From Candidatus Saccharimonadota bacterium (GTDB lineage Bacteria > Patescibacteriota > Saccharimonadia > Saccharimonadales > Saccharimonadaceae): a stretch of DNA of 64,000 nucleotides. The notes beneath the pieces are model-generated. The model made no database searches. It was not told the DNA's origin and saw only the letters and a program-made list of their open reading frames with translations. Each line of letters begins with the position of its first letter. Within the stretch, counting starts at the first letter, position 1. The stretch spans positions 813 through 64,812 of the forward strand of contig JAFWIQ010000012.1 of assembly GCA_017511865.1 (NCBI GenBank). The letters run 5' to 3'. Shown here in pieces: positions 1-9,707 of the stretch. The position numbers and the translations under genes were made by a program.

Positions 1-2057
1 TCGCTAGCCCAAATTTTACGGAAGGTATTTCGCTCGTCCTCGCTGACATTGCCAATTTGGAACCCAACCACAATCACTCCTGCCTTTGCTAGTTCGTTTA
101 GCCACTCGGAGGTTAACTCAGGATTATTCGGCTCCCCGTCGGTAATTTCAAATACAATCTTCTTCAATTTCCCCTGCTGGATTTTCGCTCTTTCATCACT
201 CGTGAGCCTAGAAAGGATATCACCGAGCGGTACAGCATCATTCGTGCCGCCGCGGTCACCATTGATTTCCGAGATTGATTTGATAATTGCCGCATCATTA
301 TTATCGTAGGAACTCTTTTTGTCGAACTGCTTTACCTCTGCAAAATTACTTCCAAAAACCAGCACTTCTGTATTTGCACGTAGCTTTGAACGTGTCTCGC
401 GCCTTGTTCTTTCAAGCTCATCATTGAAATCCTTGATTGAGTACATGAGAAGTGCCGCCGCTCTTTTGGCCGCTTCGACTTTAGAATAATCCATCGAGCC
501 GGAGCAGTCTACGAGTAGGGTTACATCAATCGTTTCTGGCTGGTCCACGATTAATCTTTCTAGACCATTGCGGTCATAAACCTCAAGTGACCTCAAGTCT
601 CCTTTTCGCTCTGCCTCGATTGCCTCTGGGTATTTCCTGATATAACTCCCGACATTCAGCTTACCCTTGCGTTGTTCACGGATTCTGGTTTGCCGATATT
701 CTATTGACTTTCCAATCAGTCTTTGCCAAAATTTGCGCATTTCTTTTCGTGCTTTGGTAATCTCGGTTTTTATGCGGTCATTTTCTGCTCTCTCTTTTTG
801 AGTTATACCATGCTGCTCATCGAACTCTCGAGTTCGTTTTTCGCTCAAGTATTTTTCCCGTTCCTCTGGCGACATTTTATCAATCTTATCGGCCTCCTTG
901 AGTCCTTCTAGAATATCTTTTACGACTTGGTCGTTGTTTTCTCCGTGGTCCAAGATGTCTGGCTGCTTTTGGCCGCCTTTTTTGTCGTTAAATGGGTTAA
1001 ATTCATCGCCGCTGCCTCCGTTTTCACTCTGTTCACCCTGCTGTCCATCGCCGCTGCCTCCGTTTTCGCTCTGTTCACCCTGCTGTCCCCCGTTTCGATT
1101 CTCACCTTGTTCGCCTTGGTTTCTCTGTTCCTCTTGTTCACCCTGCTGCTCTTCGTTTTGTTTCTCTTTCTCTCTCTGTTCGTCTAAGGAGGCCTCTAAG
1201 AGCTTTAGGTATTCTGGCTCAATTAAAACCTGAATCTTTTTATATCGCTCTGCTGGGTCAACTAGGATGCCCTGTCTCGGCTTTAATTCCTTATCGATTA
1301 TTTCCCGAACAGTCTTTCCAAGCTTCTTTTTTCCTAGTATTCCTTCCACTCTCTCATCGACAATACTTTTGCTATGTGTTCTTCCGAGCATTTCGTCCCT
1401 AAGCAAAGAATAAATCATCTGCCGATGGAGCGGCTGTTTGGTCTGGTCGGCTTTCTCAAAACCCGCTTTTTCATACAAGGTTACAACGTCATCTCGCCCA
1501 TCTCCCGAACCAAAAAACTTATTGCGCTGTAAAACCAAATTATTAACATAGATATCATCCAGGACATTGTATAGACTATGAAGCTCCCCATAGTAAAACT
1601 TCTTTACCGCATCTAAGCTTGTTTTATCTGGATGTTTTGCGAGGTAACCCTTCGCTAACTCCTCGGCCTTTTGCTCCATATGCTTAAAGTTCTCGAGATA
1701 CGCTTCTGGGTTTTTCTTCATATCAATAAAGTGCGCAATTTCGTGATGGTTGGCGAAATTAAGTTCATCATCGTTATATTTTTCGTTCGCAAACCAGCTA
1801 AGCGGTGTCTCTACCTTGAATTCTTTCGGATAAAATGCAAAAGTATCTGCCGAAATTGACGGTACGAAGGTAAGTTTAGAATCCTTCGAAAAAAGCGCCA
1901 GTTCTCGTCCATGTCGCCGTAGGAATAAATCTGCTTTAGTTTTTTCTGGCGCCTCAGTCTTTAAAGCTACTGCACCAATCTGTGCATTTTGCTCACGCGA
2001 ACCATCGCCGTCGTTTTCAGCCATCTCTATGTTAGGGCGAAAATTTCCCCCGTTCAT
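1..2057 (-). CDS. vWA-domain protein (CobT-like partner of the adjacent AAA+ ATPase) with an N-terminal HExxH motif; 3' end runs off the window
   Basis: Manual translation from ATG at 2057 (MNGGNFRPNIEM...) is open to the window edge. It contains HEIAH, a Q/E/G-rich linker, the MIDAS motif LLVDCSGS, then GGT and ITDGEP. It starts 1 nt after the AAA gene stop and is absent from the ORF track because it has no stop in the window. Confidence 0.85.
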   Translation of the reverse strand, partial: MNGGNFRPNIEMAENDGDGSREQNAQIGAVALKTEAPEKTKADLFLRRHGRELALFSKDSKLTFVPSISADTFAFYPKEFKVETPLSWFANEKYNDDELNFANHHEIAHFIDMKKNPEAYLENFKHMEQKAEELAKGYLAKHPDKTSLDAVKKFYYGELHSLYNVLDDIYVNNLVLQRNKFFGSGDGRDDVVTLYEKAGFEKADQTKQPLHRQMIYSLLRDEMLGRTHSKSIVDERVEGILGKKKLGKTVREIIDKELKPRQGILVDPAERYKKIQVLIEPEYLKLLEASLDEQREKEKQNEEQQGEQEEQRNQGEQGENRNGGQQGEQSENGGSGDGQQGEQSENGGSGDEFNPFNDKKGGQKQPDILDHGENNDQVVKDILEGLKEADKIDKMSPEEREKYLSEKRTREFDEQHGITQKERAENDRIKTEITKARKEMRKFWQRLIGKSIEYRQTRIREQRKGKLNVGSYIRKYPEAIEAERKGDLRSLEVYDRNGLERLIVDQPETIDVTLLVDCSGSMDYSKVEAAKRAAALLMYSIKDFNDELERTRRETRSKLRANTEVLVFGSNFAEVKQFDKKSSYDNNDAAIIKSISEINGDRGGTNDAVPLGDILSRLTSDERAKIQQGKLKKIVFEITDGEPNNPELTSEWLNELAKAGVIVVGFQIGNVSEDERNTFRKIWAS
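1004..1087. repeat. 42-bp tandem duplication (2 copies plus a degenerate third) encoding GQQGEQSENGGSGD
   Basis: 1004-1045 and 1046-1087 differ by one base and lie in frame in the vWA protein linker. Confidence 0.9.
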
Positions 2058-2058
2058 T

Positions 2059-4245
2059 TTACACCTCCGTATCGCTATGTTCTACCGTGCATCCACACTG
2101 TGCTCCCAAAACTTCTAGTGCTGCAATCGTTTTATTTATTTCCTCAATTCTTTTCTCGTAAGTCTCCAAATCATCAATCGATATTTCATCGTCCACCTCG
2201 TCCATAACTTCGCCAAGATCAACGTCATCTGGATAAACTTCTCGCTCCGGCCCTGGACCATATAATAATTCCACAACTTTACGAACACTATAAGTCTCAA
2301 GCGGCGAGCGCTTAAAGCTTGGTTCTCCTGGATGAACCTCGTTAAATGTTGTAAATCCGGCTCCGCGCTCTTTTATCTTAACGTTATACCCATTCGACTC
2401 GGAGAAGAACCCATAGCTCTTCGCAAGCGCAAGTATAAGGTTTTGGTCATCCGCATTGGTAATTCCCGCGATAAATCCGTCAAATAGCGCCTTGTCCAAA
2501 TCTTTTTCGCTTCCCTTGTCCCATTCTTTCAAGACATTTAGAATATTTCGAATTGATAGTACTGATTTTTCCAGGTCCGCTTCAATTTCCTCGCCGGAAT
2601 CCATCGTAATAGAGCTTTCTACTTTGCCACCGAAAATAGTTTGCGTTTTGTGTGCTAGTTGACAAAGCGAGAATAGTTTTTCAAGCGACTCATCCATCTC
2701 CGGGAGTCTTAGATCCCCTTGCCTATCCGCTAAATATGAAATTATGACATGGAATAGCTCGTTTTTTCTCGGGTTGATTTGGTTTTCTAGATTTCCATCT
2801 TCCGACATCGGCAAATAATCGTGCTCGATAATATCAAGACGCGACAAAAAAGCCGGGTTTAAGTCTTCAGTGCCCTGATAGCTGATTCTCCCAGAGGACA
2901 AGTTGCCAGTCATAATAATTGAAAACCCAGGTTGGATTTTTACCGCCCCTGCTCCCGGGATGTAGCAATTATCTCCAGGTCTTCTCTGTAAAACATCGTT
3001 CAATGAAATCAAAATCGCCGACGGAATCGCATTAATCTCATCGATTATCACCGGGCGACCTTCTTCGACCCCACGATAAATCGCTCGCTTGATAGTCTCT
3101 ACTTCCGTGCCGAAGGCTTGATTCTTAAGTTTATATAGTTCTATAATCTTATCGGCTTCAGCTTTCGCTTTCTCTGGGTCACTTGCCTCTTCTGGATGTT
3201 CCTCTTGCCACCCTTCGATTAAAGCATCCAAATCTTCTTTGTGCTCCAATAGTGATTTACCGTTAAACTTTGTGAGTTTCAAAGACTTATCCGTAAACAA
3301 ATCTTGACTCGTTAGGTCCTTCGAGCCAGAAATTACTAGCGGGCTGAATTTGTCACGTGCCACCGAATCTCCGTCCGAAAACGCCTTTTTTAACTCCGCT
3401 TGACGCCTACGATAAGCTCGTCCAAGTTCAGCCCTGTTTTCTTCTTGGCTCGCATTTGGATTCGCCTTATGATATTCTGCAACATCCTTCATCGCTTCCT
3501 CATAAGCAGTTTTATTTATTGAGGCTTCTCTTGCCGCATTAATCGCAAGCTCAGTTTTACCACTACCAAGATGCCCATGTAGGAACGTCGGACGCCCTTC
3601 GGTGATATTTTTCTCAACTCGTTCCAAATGTCCCGCCACATAAGGCGTAGTCACCATTTCGCCAGATTGAACTTGTCTAATGTGCTCTCGAAGTTCAAGT
3701 CCGTGAACTAGAGTATAACTTTCCGGCGTTTGCTCGGCTAGCTTTTCTTTGGCGCCTTTCATGCTATCGATTTGATTGCGAATATAATCAGTCACTTCAG
3801 AACGCGAAGACACTCTACCGCGCCCTTCTTGTTTTGCCATTTTTAGGAGTAAACTAAAATCCGATTCTTGTTTTTTTAGCCTCAAGTTTTCCCTCGCCGC
3901 AGTCATAAGGTTCTCACCGATCATCTTCCGCATTGCTTCAATCGCTTTCCCTTCACGCTCACTAATCTCGTCAATCTCTTCTCCCGTTTCATTTGTTACA
4001 TCCTCTGGCTTCGTTAAGAATAAATTAAGTGATAATACTTCTGCATTACCCAAAGTCGTCTCCGTAGATTCATCGATATTTTCGGCGAGCTCCGCACCTG
4101 GCTCTGTTTCGGCTTCATTCTCCCCCTCGAACGATCGCCACGCCGCTCCCGCTAAACGCTGTGCTATTTCCCGCTCATAATTTTCATAATTTTTCTGTTC
4201 CGCCTCTTCAAAATATTGGCGGAGAGTAGTATTACCATTCTCCAT
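2059..4245 (-). CDS. MoxR/CobS-like (dynein-related) AAA+ ATPase
   Basis: Walker A GHLGSGKT, Walker B IIDEIN, TGN sensor and LNPAFLSR arginine finger. Start moved to MENGNTT (4245), 6 nt after TGGTATAAT. Confidence 0.85.
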   Translation of the reverse strand: MENGNTTLRQYFEEAEQKNYENYEREIAQRLAGAAWRSFEGENEAETEPGAELAENIDESTETTLGNAEVLSLNLFLTKPEDVTNETGEEIDEISEREGKAIEAMRKMIGENLMTAARENLRLKKQESDFSLLLKMAKQEGRGRVSSRSEVTDYIRNQIDSMKGAKEKLAEQTPESYTLVHGLELREHIRQVQSGEMVTTPYVAGHLERVEKNITEGRPTFLHGHLGSGKTELAINAAREASINKTAYEEAMKDVAEYHKANPNASQEENRAELGRAYRRRQAELKKAFSDGDSVARDKFSPLVISGSKDLTSQDLFTDKSLKLTKFNGKSLLEHKEDLDALIEGWQEEHPEEASDPEKAKAEADKIIELYKLKNQAFGTEVETIKRAIYRGVEEGRPVIIDEINAIPSAILISLNDVLQRRPGDNCYIPGAGAVKIQPGFSIIMTGNLSSGRISYQGTEDLNPAFLSRLDIIEHDYLPMSEDGNLENQINPRKNELFHVIISYLADRQGDLRLPEMDESLEKLFSLCQLAHKTQTIFGGKVESSITMDSGEEIEADLEKSVLSIRNILNVLKEWDKGSEKDLDKALFDGFIAGITNADDQNLILALAKSYGFFSESNGYNVKIKERGAGFTTFNEVHPGEPSFKRSPLETYSVRKVVELLYGPGPEREVYPDDVDLGEVMDEVDDEISIDDLETYEKRIEEINKTIAALEVLGAQCGCTVEHSDTEV

Positions 4246-4364
4246 AATTTCATTATACCATAAGTGCCATAAAAACAAATAAAAAACCTCAAGCAAGTCA
4301 TCGCAGCTGGCACAATCACGGCACACGGGCAACGTACCTCTTAACAAAGCAAATCACCCTAGAA

Positions 4365-4404
4365 ACAAAAAACCCTCAGGTAAGGGTGGGCATCACCTGA
4401 GGGT
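4365..4404 (-). terminator. Intrinsic terminator
   Basis: On the minus strand, ACCCTCAGGT...ACCTGAGGGT is followed by TTTTT. Confidence 0.75.
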
Positions 4405-4674
4405 ATTTTGGCCCTCTAACTCTTCTCACTATACCGGGTGAACCCCGGAAGCGCGACCCACCTCACACAAAATTGGGGCCCGCCGGTTAGAGGGATTGCT
4501 AAGCCTTCGAAAAATCCTTTCAAAGTGGAGGTAATACTTATTAGTCTTTAAACCATGAAGAAATTTAAAGCCTGAAAGGGTTTCAAAAGCTCGCAATTTC
4601 TGCTACACTAGGAGTAGTATAGCTGAAATTATAACTTATTTAGGTGCGGTGTGGAGCTTTTTTGAGCTCCAACT
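4365..4674 (-). ncRNA. Candidate structured non-coding RNA (about 310 nt), family unknown
   Basis: Consensus promoter upstream, several nested stems, no ORF with a credible start, and a GC hairpin plus U-tract at the 3' end. Confidence 0.55.
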
Positions 4675-4680
4675 GACTTA

Positions 4681-4709
4681 ATTATATCACGTGAGGTAAA
4701 ATATGTCAA
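4681..4709 (-). promoter_or_regulatory. Consensus sigma70 promoter TTGACA-17bp-TATAAT with an extended TG
   Basis: tgtcaa at 4704-4709 and attata at 4681-4686 on the + strand, 17-bp spacer. The -35 element overlaps the dprA start. Confidence 0.8.
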
Positions 4710-5692
4710 CACTTTTTTCACACTTTTTTCAAAAATTCAATCAAATTTCACCCCTAGAGACGCATTTTACAGAGGTGTTAGACTCTATTGTGCTTAAGCC
4801 TAAAACATTGTATTTTTATGGAAAAATACCAGAAAATATGTCAAATACGGCGACTTCGGAAAAAATAGAACAACATGAAGACACGGAAACGTCAACCCAG
4901 AAAAACCGAACAAGCTCCCTTCGGCCCAAGGCAGTCGCCATTGTTGGTTCGCGCCATAATACCCACTACGGTGAAGATGTAGCTTATAGACTAGCTTATG
5001 AGCTTGCCAAACGAGGGGTTGTAGTAATTTCTGGTTTAGCTTACGGCATAGACTCTATTGCACATCGTGGCGCATTGGCAGCCAACGGCAAAACCATTGC
5101 TATTTTGGGTACGCGCATTAATGAGATTTACCCCAAAGCACACCTATCTCTCGCTCAAGAAATTATAGAGAAAGATGGTGCTATTATCTCTGAATACGCC
5201 CCAGATGCAAAAATATACCCAAAATATAGCTTTCTTGAGCGCAATCGTCTAATTTCTGGGCTGTCCGATGCAGTGGTGGTAGTAGAGGCGGCTGAGAGAT
5301 CTGGCTCTCTCAACACTGCCGCTCATGCGCTAGAACAAGGCAAAGAGGTTTTTGCTGTTCCGGGTAATATTACTAATCCTTATTCCCAGGGGTGCAACAA
5401 ATTGATCAAACAGGGTGCCACCCCCTATACTGACCCTAGCGACGTTTTAGAATTTCTTTTCCCTGAAGAATACCTCAAAAAACATCAAAAACTTCACCAA
5501 GCCAACTTATTTGGCGACACAGACGTAGAGACATCGATTCTCCAGGCTATAGCCAAAGGCCTATATTCCGGAGAAGATATTATGAATGCCACACATCTAC
5601 CACCAGAAGTATTCAACGAAGCCGTTACGCTTCTCGAAATTAAATCCCGTATTCGTTCACTCGGTGCCAACCGATGGAGTTTAGTTTCTTGA
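4703..5692 (+). CDS. dprA: DNA-processing protein DprA
   Basis: VAIVGSR, ISGLAYGIDS, FLERNRLISGLS, VVEAAERSGSLNTA, AVPG and a C-terminal winged helix. Confidence 0.95.
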   Translation: MSTLFSHFFQKFNQISPLETHFTEVLDSIVLKPKTLYFYGKIPENMSNTATSEKIEQHEDTETSTQKNRTSSLRPKAVAIVGSRHNTHYGEDVAYRLAYELAKRGVVVISGLAYGIDSIAHRGALAANGKTIAILGTRINEIYPKAHLSLAQEIIEKDGAIISEYAPDAKIYPKYSFLERNRLISGLSDAVVVVEAAERSGSLNTAAHALEQGKEVFAVPGNITNPYSQGCNKLIKQGATPYTDPSDVLEFLFPEEYLKKHQKLHQANLFGDTDVETSILQAIAKGLYSGEDIMNATHLPPEVFNEAVTLLEIKSRIRSLGANRWSLVS

Positions 5693-6205
5693 TATATTGT
5701 CAATTTTCTCTACAACTTCGCTCAAGATATCCGGTAACTCTTTCTTTTCTTCGGGCGTGAACTTAGATAGCACAAAATCTGTATCCCCGATTTTCTTTCT
5801 TAGCTCATCGTTCCCTGTACCAATCCTGACCCTTGCAAACTCTTCTGTTCCTAGCGCGGAGATTATCGATTTTAGTCCGTTGTTCCCTCCGGCGGAGCCA
5901 GAAGAACGATATCTAATTTTGCCAAACTCCAGGTTGAAATCATCGCAAATTACCAAAATATCAGAGGTCGGTATCTTATAAAAACGCATATATTCCCGTA
6001 CCGCGCGACCACTTTCGTTGTAATAATCTTGCGGTTTTATAAACAAAACACCATCCTTACGGCCATAAATAGCCCCTAGACGAGGTTTTGCCCCCCAACT
6101 AAGCTTATATAGCTTAAAATAAAAATCTAGCGTCAAAAACCCCGAATTATGCCGTGTAAAATTATACTGATTACCAGGATTACCTAATCCAATAATTAAC
6201 TTCAT
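5681..6205 (-). CDS. pth: Peptidyl-tRNA hydrolase
   Basis: MKLIIGLGNPG, TRHN, GSAGGNNGLKSI and RVRIG. Start set at MKLII, 7 nt after TGTTATAAT. Confidence 0.95.
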   Translation of the reverse strand: MKLIIGLGNPGNQYNFTRHNSGFLTLDFYFKLYKLSWGAKPRLGAIYGRKDGVLFIKPQDYYNESGRAVREYMRFYKIPTSDILVICDDFNLEFGKIRYRSSGSAGGNNGLKSIISALGTEEFARVRIGTGNDELRKKIGDTDFVLSKFTPEEKKELPDILSEVVEKIDNISRN

Positions 6206-6274
6206 AGCTATTATTATAACAAAAATAGATGGTTTTGACTCCCTTGTGGCAATTGGTATCAAAAAATTCCACAA

Positions 6275-6300
6275 AAATACCCCGCTTTAGCGGGGTATTT
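6275..6300 (-). terminator. Intrinsic terminator after the PIN-PhoH gene
   Basis: AAATACCCCGCT/AGCGGGGTATTT inverted repeat. Confidence 0.8.
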
Positions 6301-6314
6301 AAGAAGGGGTTGAC

Positions 6315-7979
6315 TCAGGTATCGTCGTCTTTTACTAAGCCATTCTTTCTGTCTTTTTGCCGTTTAGCAATAAACCTTACCAACGGATGACGAATGACCT
6401 CGTCCTCGGTAAAGCAAACTTGTGCCACCATTGGATTATCGAATAACTGCCTTGAGGCGTAAACCAAGCCATTATTTGAACGATCCAGATATGGAGCATG
6501 AATCTGCTCTACGTCGCCCGTCAGAATGATTTTTCCGTTGCTACCAATTCTCTTGATTAGAGTGTCGGCCTGGGCTACATTCTGATCCTGGAACTCATCA
6601 TAGAGTGCGACTTCATAAGCAAAATCTCGGCCTCTCGCATTTTCAATCGGAACACTAGAAAACCAGTTTTTCCAAATTAATTCCACTCTGTTTTCCAGTC
6701 TGACTTTGATAGGAGTCTTTTCGGTGTCATCGTCGCCAAAACCATTGCCATTGCCGTTTCTTTTAGGGCGCTCATCTGTGCATTCAGAATCTCTCTTGGG
6801 CTTAGAATTTATCCCAAATTTTCTCATGTTTTCCAACTCTTTCTTAAATTTGGGCTCTTCGTTCAAGATATAATTCCTTAAAGCATTTTTGAGCGGCTGC
6901 ACATCGGGGTCCATTTTTTCATCCAAATCTCCAGGCAACGCGCCCAACTTGCTTTGGTTTTCGCAAGGCACCGTGGTTACGCCAATATATTCGCCGTTTT
7001 TGCAGGCATTATAGCCCCAAACGGTCGCCATATAGGTTTTACCGGAGCCAGCCGGACCTGTGCAAAGTACCGCTGCGAAATTCGGAGTCATTAATGCCTC
7101 GGCATAAATAGCCTGACCGGCATTTTTAAGTTTAATGGGAAAATTCCCCACATATTTCAACGGCACAATGGCGTCTTCTTCGTAATCATACCTTCCAATG
7201 TGCAAGAAATAAGGGTTATTTGCCATGTCAAGATCTCGTGGATAATCCTCCTTATTCTCTAGCCGCATCACGATAAATTCGTTTGCCGCCAACGTCCTCT
7301 CTGAGGGCATTAACTCCTCAAATCTTTCACGTTCAATCTTCCGCAGGTTATAAAAATCCATAAACAATTCTCTCGGCACTACGATATCTCGTCTTCCGGT
7401 ATAAGGTTCAGGGTATTTATAACCATATCGGCTAGTCAAGAGACCTCTTTCTCTAGCACGAATCGCCAAACCATTATCGTTTGTCAAAAGCACGATGTTT
7501 TCTGGCTTTATAGATAAGACGTCATCCATCTCGGCGGTGCCATCAATCGGTAGTCCATTCTTTAAGAATGCTATCGTAAGGGTCGCCAAGATAATCTGAC
7601 CATCCATATCGTCCTCGGACGGGCTAAATGGCAGACAGCGTTTAAAGTTTTTATGCACAGGCAAAACCGATATTATCTGATTGCCATCAGTAATCGTTAT
7701 CGGAGCCTGCAAACGATAAACTTCATCCATGCTGTGTATTTTGCCCTCGACCATCCTACGGATACGTCTAAGAACGATTCTTGCTGATTTACCACGTTCA
7801 CTTCTCTCTCTCTTGAAGCTCGAAAGCTCACGAATTACCGCTGTCGGAATCACCATATGCGCTTCGCTCAGGTCAACAGTGGGTTCCTCTGGCTGCTTAT
7901 TTGAGCCACTCGGAATAATGTCTACATAGTCAACCAAAATATTGGTATCGACCACATAGGTTATTCGATTTTTCGACAT
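6315..7979 (-). CDS. PIN-domain PhoH-family ATPase (PhoH2/YlaK-like)
   Basis: N-terminal PIN (YVVDTNIL, DGQII, LLTND), GPAGSGKT, RGR, DEFQD, TGDVEQI and RHPLV. Confidence 0.9.
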   Translation of the reverse strand: MSKNRITYVVDTNILVDYVDIIPSGSNKQPEEPTVDLSEAHMVIPTAVIRELSSFKRERSERGKSARIVLRRIRRMVEGKIHSMDEVYRLQAPITITDGNQIISVLPVHKNFKRCLPFSPSEDDMDGQIILATLTIAFLKNGLPIDGTAEMDDVLSIKPENIVLLTNDNGLAIRARERGLLTSRYGYKYPEPYTGRRDIVVPRELFMDFYNLRKIERERFEELMPSERTLAANEFIVMRLENKEDYPRDLDMANNPYFLHIGRYDYEEDAIVPLKYVGNFPIKLKNAGQAIYAEALMTPNFAAVLCTGPAGSGKTYMATVWGYNACKNGEYIGVTTVPCENQSKLGALPGDLDEKMDPDVQPLKNALRNYILNEEPKFKKELENMRKFGINSKPKRDSECTDERPKRNGNGNGFGDDDTEKTPIKVRLENRVELIWKNWFSSVPIENARGRDFAYEVALYDEFQDQNVAQADTLIKRIGSNGKIILTGDVEQIHAPYLDRSNNGLVYASRQLFDNPMVAQVCFTEDEVIRHPLVRFIAKRQKDRKNGLVKDDDT

Positions 7980-8074
7980 ACTTCTCCCTCCTTGTTAATG
8001 TGCGTTTACTCTAAAAAACAAGAGTATATAAAATAATATACTCCCACTTGGACATATTATAACACATTTGTCTC

Positions 8075-9475
8075 TTAAAAGTCTTCTTTTTTATCGTTTT
8101 TGAAAGAGAACATAATCGGCGTACCCACAAACGGATATTTTTCCCGTATTTTACGTTCCAAAAATCTCTTCCAAGACCAATGCAAAAGTTCCATGCTGTG
8201 GCCATGCACTACAAACCATGGTGGGCAGGTGTCTGTTTGTACGATGTATTTCGGTTTTGGGCGGGTGTTTTTTAGTCCCGCTGGGGTATGCGAAAGAATG
8301 GTGTCGTTCAAAATCTTATTTAATTCCGAAGTTTTAATTTCTAGATGCCTATTTTTGTCGATATCTATAGCTAATTCAAACAATTGAGTGACATTTTTAC
8401 CGGTCTCTGAGCTAGTTAAAATTACTGGCGCATAAGGAATAAAATCAAAGTCTCGCTCCAGTTGGTCAAGCAAAAAATCCGCCGCAGTACGATTCTTAAC
8501 ATTCTCTTCCCCAAAGAAATTAGTTGGAGTTGAATCATCTAATAAATCGGACTTGGTTATTATCAAAATGATACCTTTCCCTGCCTCGATTATTTGTCCG
8601 GCTAGCGATTGATCAAGCTTGGAGTGTGGTTCGGTTGCATCCACCAAAAGGGCGCAAATATCGGCCTCTTCGATTGCCGATAATGTCCTAATCGCGGAAA
8701 ATTTCTCGATACCCACCTCACGTTTGCCAGGCTTTCTTAATCCGGCGGTATCTAGAATCTCCAAATCCCTACCCTTATACTTAATCGTCAACCTATTTAT
8801 ATCCCTAGTTGTTCCCTGTTTGGAGCTTACTATTGCTTGTTGTTTTTGCCCTAGCGTATTAAATAAGCTCGATTTCCCCACGTTTGGCCTACCAATTAAC
8901 GCAATTTTTAGAGGGGCTTGGAAATTCTCCTCTCGAGGGCTCCTGGAGGCTGCGGCCGAGGATGAGTGTGCGAGTGACCCTTCCCGAGAGAGGATAGACT
9001 CTAAACTCCTCTTTAGTTCATTAATCCCTTGTCCAGTCGTTGCGGAGGCGTAAAATATATTTTCTGGTGCGATGCCAAGTGCCCTAAATTCCTCTATTGG
9101 CAAGGATTCGCCAAGATCGCATTTATTTAGTACCAAAAATACCGGTTTGCTAGATTTTAATGCGTCTTTAGCAATTTTTTTGTCGCGATGATCAAAATAT
9201 TTAGATGAATCTAAAGTAACTAAAATTACATCAGCCGACTCGATTGCATCTTGGATTTGTTCTTGGATAGAAGCTTCAAAATCATCGCTCGGGTCCTTTA
9301 ATCCGGCAGTATCTATCAAAATAAAACGATCGTCAATCGTAGCTATTACGTTGTCACGCGTGGTTCCCTCTTCACGAGCCACAATTGCAATATTTTTTTT
9401 AGCCATGCGATTAAGCAGGCTGGATTTTCCCGCATTGGTTTGTCCAATCAAAGCGACGACAGGTAATTTTTTCAT
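8075..9475 (-). CDS. der: Ribosome biogenesis GTPase Der (EngA)
   Basis: Two G domains (GQTNAGKSS/DTAG/NKCD and GRPNVGKSS/DTAG/TKSD) and a C-terminal KH-like domain. Confidence 0.95.
   Translation of the reverse strand: MKKLPVVALIGQTNAGKSSLLNRMAKKNIAIVAREEGTTRDNVIATIDDRFILIDTAGLKDPSDDFEASIQEQIQDAIESADVILVTLDSSKYFDHRDKKIAKDALKSSKPVFLVLNKCDLGESLPIEEFRALGIAPENIFYASATTGQGINELKRSLESILSREGSLAHSSSAAASRSPREENFQAPLKIALIGRPNVGKSSLFNTLGQKQQAIVSSKQGTTRDINRLTIKYKGRDLEILDTAGLRKPGKREVGIEKFSAIRTLSAIEEADICALLVDATEPHSKLDQSLAGQIIEAGKGIILIITKSDLLDDSTPTNFFGEENVKNRTAADFLLDQLERDFDFIPYAPVILTSSETGKNVTQLFELAIDIDKNRHLEIKTSELNKILNDTILSHTPAGLKNTRPKPKYIVQTDTCPPWFVVHGHSMELLHWSWKRFLERKIREKYPFVGTPIMFSFKNDKKEDF
8910..9012. 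repeat. Imperfect palindrome in frame in the Der inter-G-domain linker
   Basis: Arms AGAGGGG...TCCTCTC and GAGAGGA...CTCCTCT. GC-rich relative to its flanks. Confidence 0.55.
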
Positions 9476-9578
9476 ACTTATATTATAATATAAAAATAAA
9501 TAAAACACAAAAAAGCTCCTATGGAGCTGTGGTGATTATCTAGGTTAAAAAATGACCTAAAGGTCATTGTTTTAATCC

Positions 9579-9655
9579 TGGTGATCCCGGCGGGAGTCGA
9601 ACCCGCGATTTTCTGGATGAGAACCAGACGTCCTAGACCACTAGACGACGGGACC
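9579..9655 (-). tRNA. tRNA-Glu (CTC)
   Basis: GGTCCCG acceptor stem, anticodon loop TTCTCAT, GTTCGA T-loop and encoded CCA. Confidence 0.95.
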
Positions 9656-9707
9656 ATACTAGCCTAAGGGGGGTTAGGCTAGCGATATTATTTTAACATA
9701 ACTTAAT

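Noticed and set aside
1004..1150. 42-bp repeats as a CRISPR array
   Set aside because: The copies are directly adjacent with no spacers, the unit is a multiple of 3, they lie in frame in a protein linker, and no cas genes are present.
4246..4347. Cys-rich N-terminal extension of the AAA ATPase in the ORF track
   Set aside because: It runs through the TGGTATAAT promoter and an intergenic T-tract. The same artefact affects pth, der, the PEGA gene, galU and others.
4260..4674. RNase P RNA, tmRNA or SRP RNA
   Set aside because: No GAGGAAAGTCC-type P4 motif, no tRNA-like ends with CCA, and no SRP GGAA/AGCAG loop found on either strand.
4835..4925. Extra polar segment in DprA as another palindromic insertion
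   Set aside because: It looks like an insertion, but only a 5-bp inverted match (ttcgg/ccgaa) is visible, which is too weak to call.
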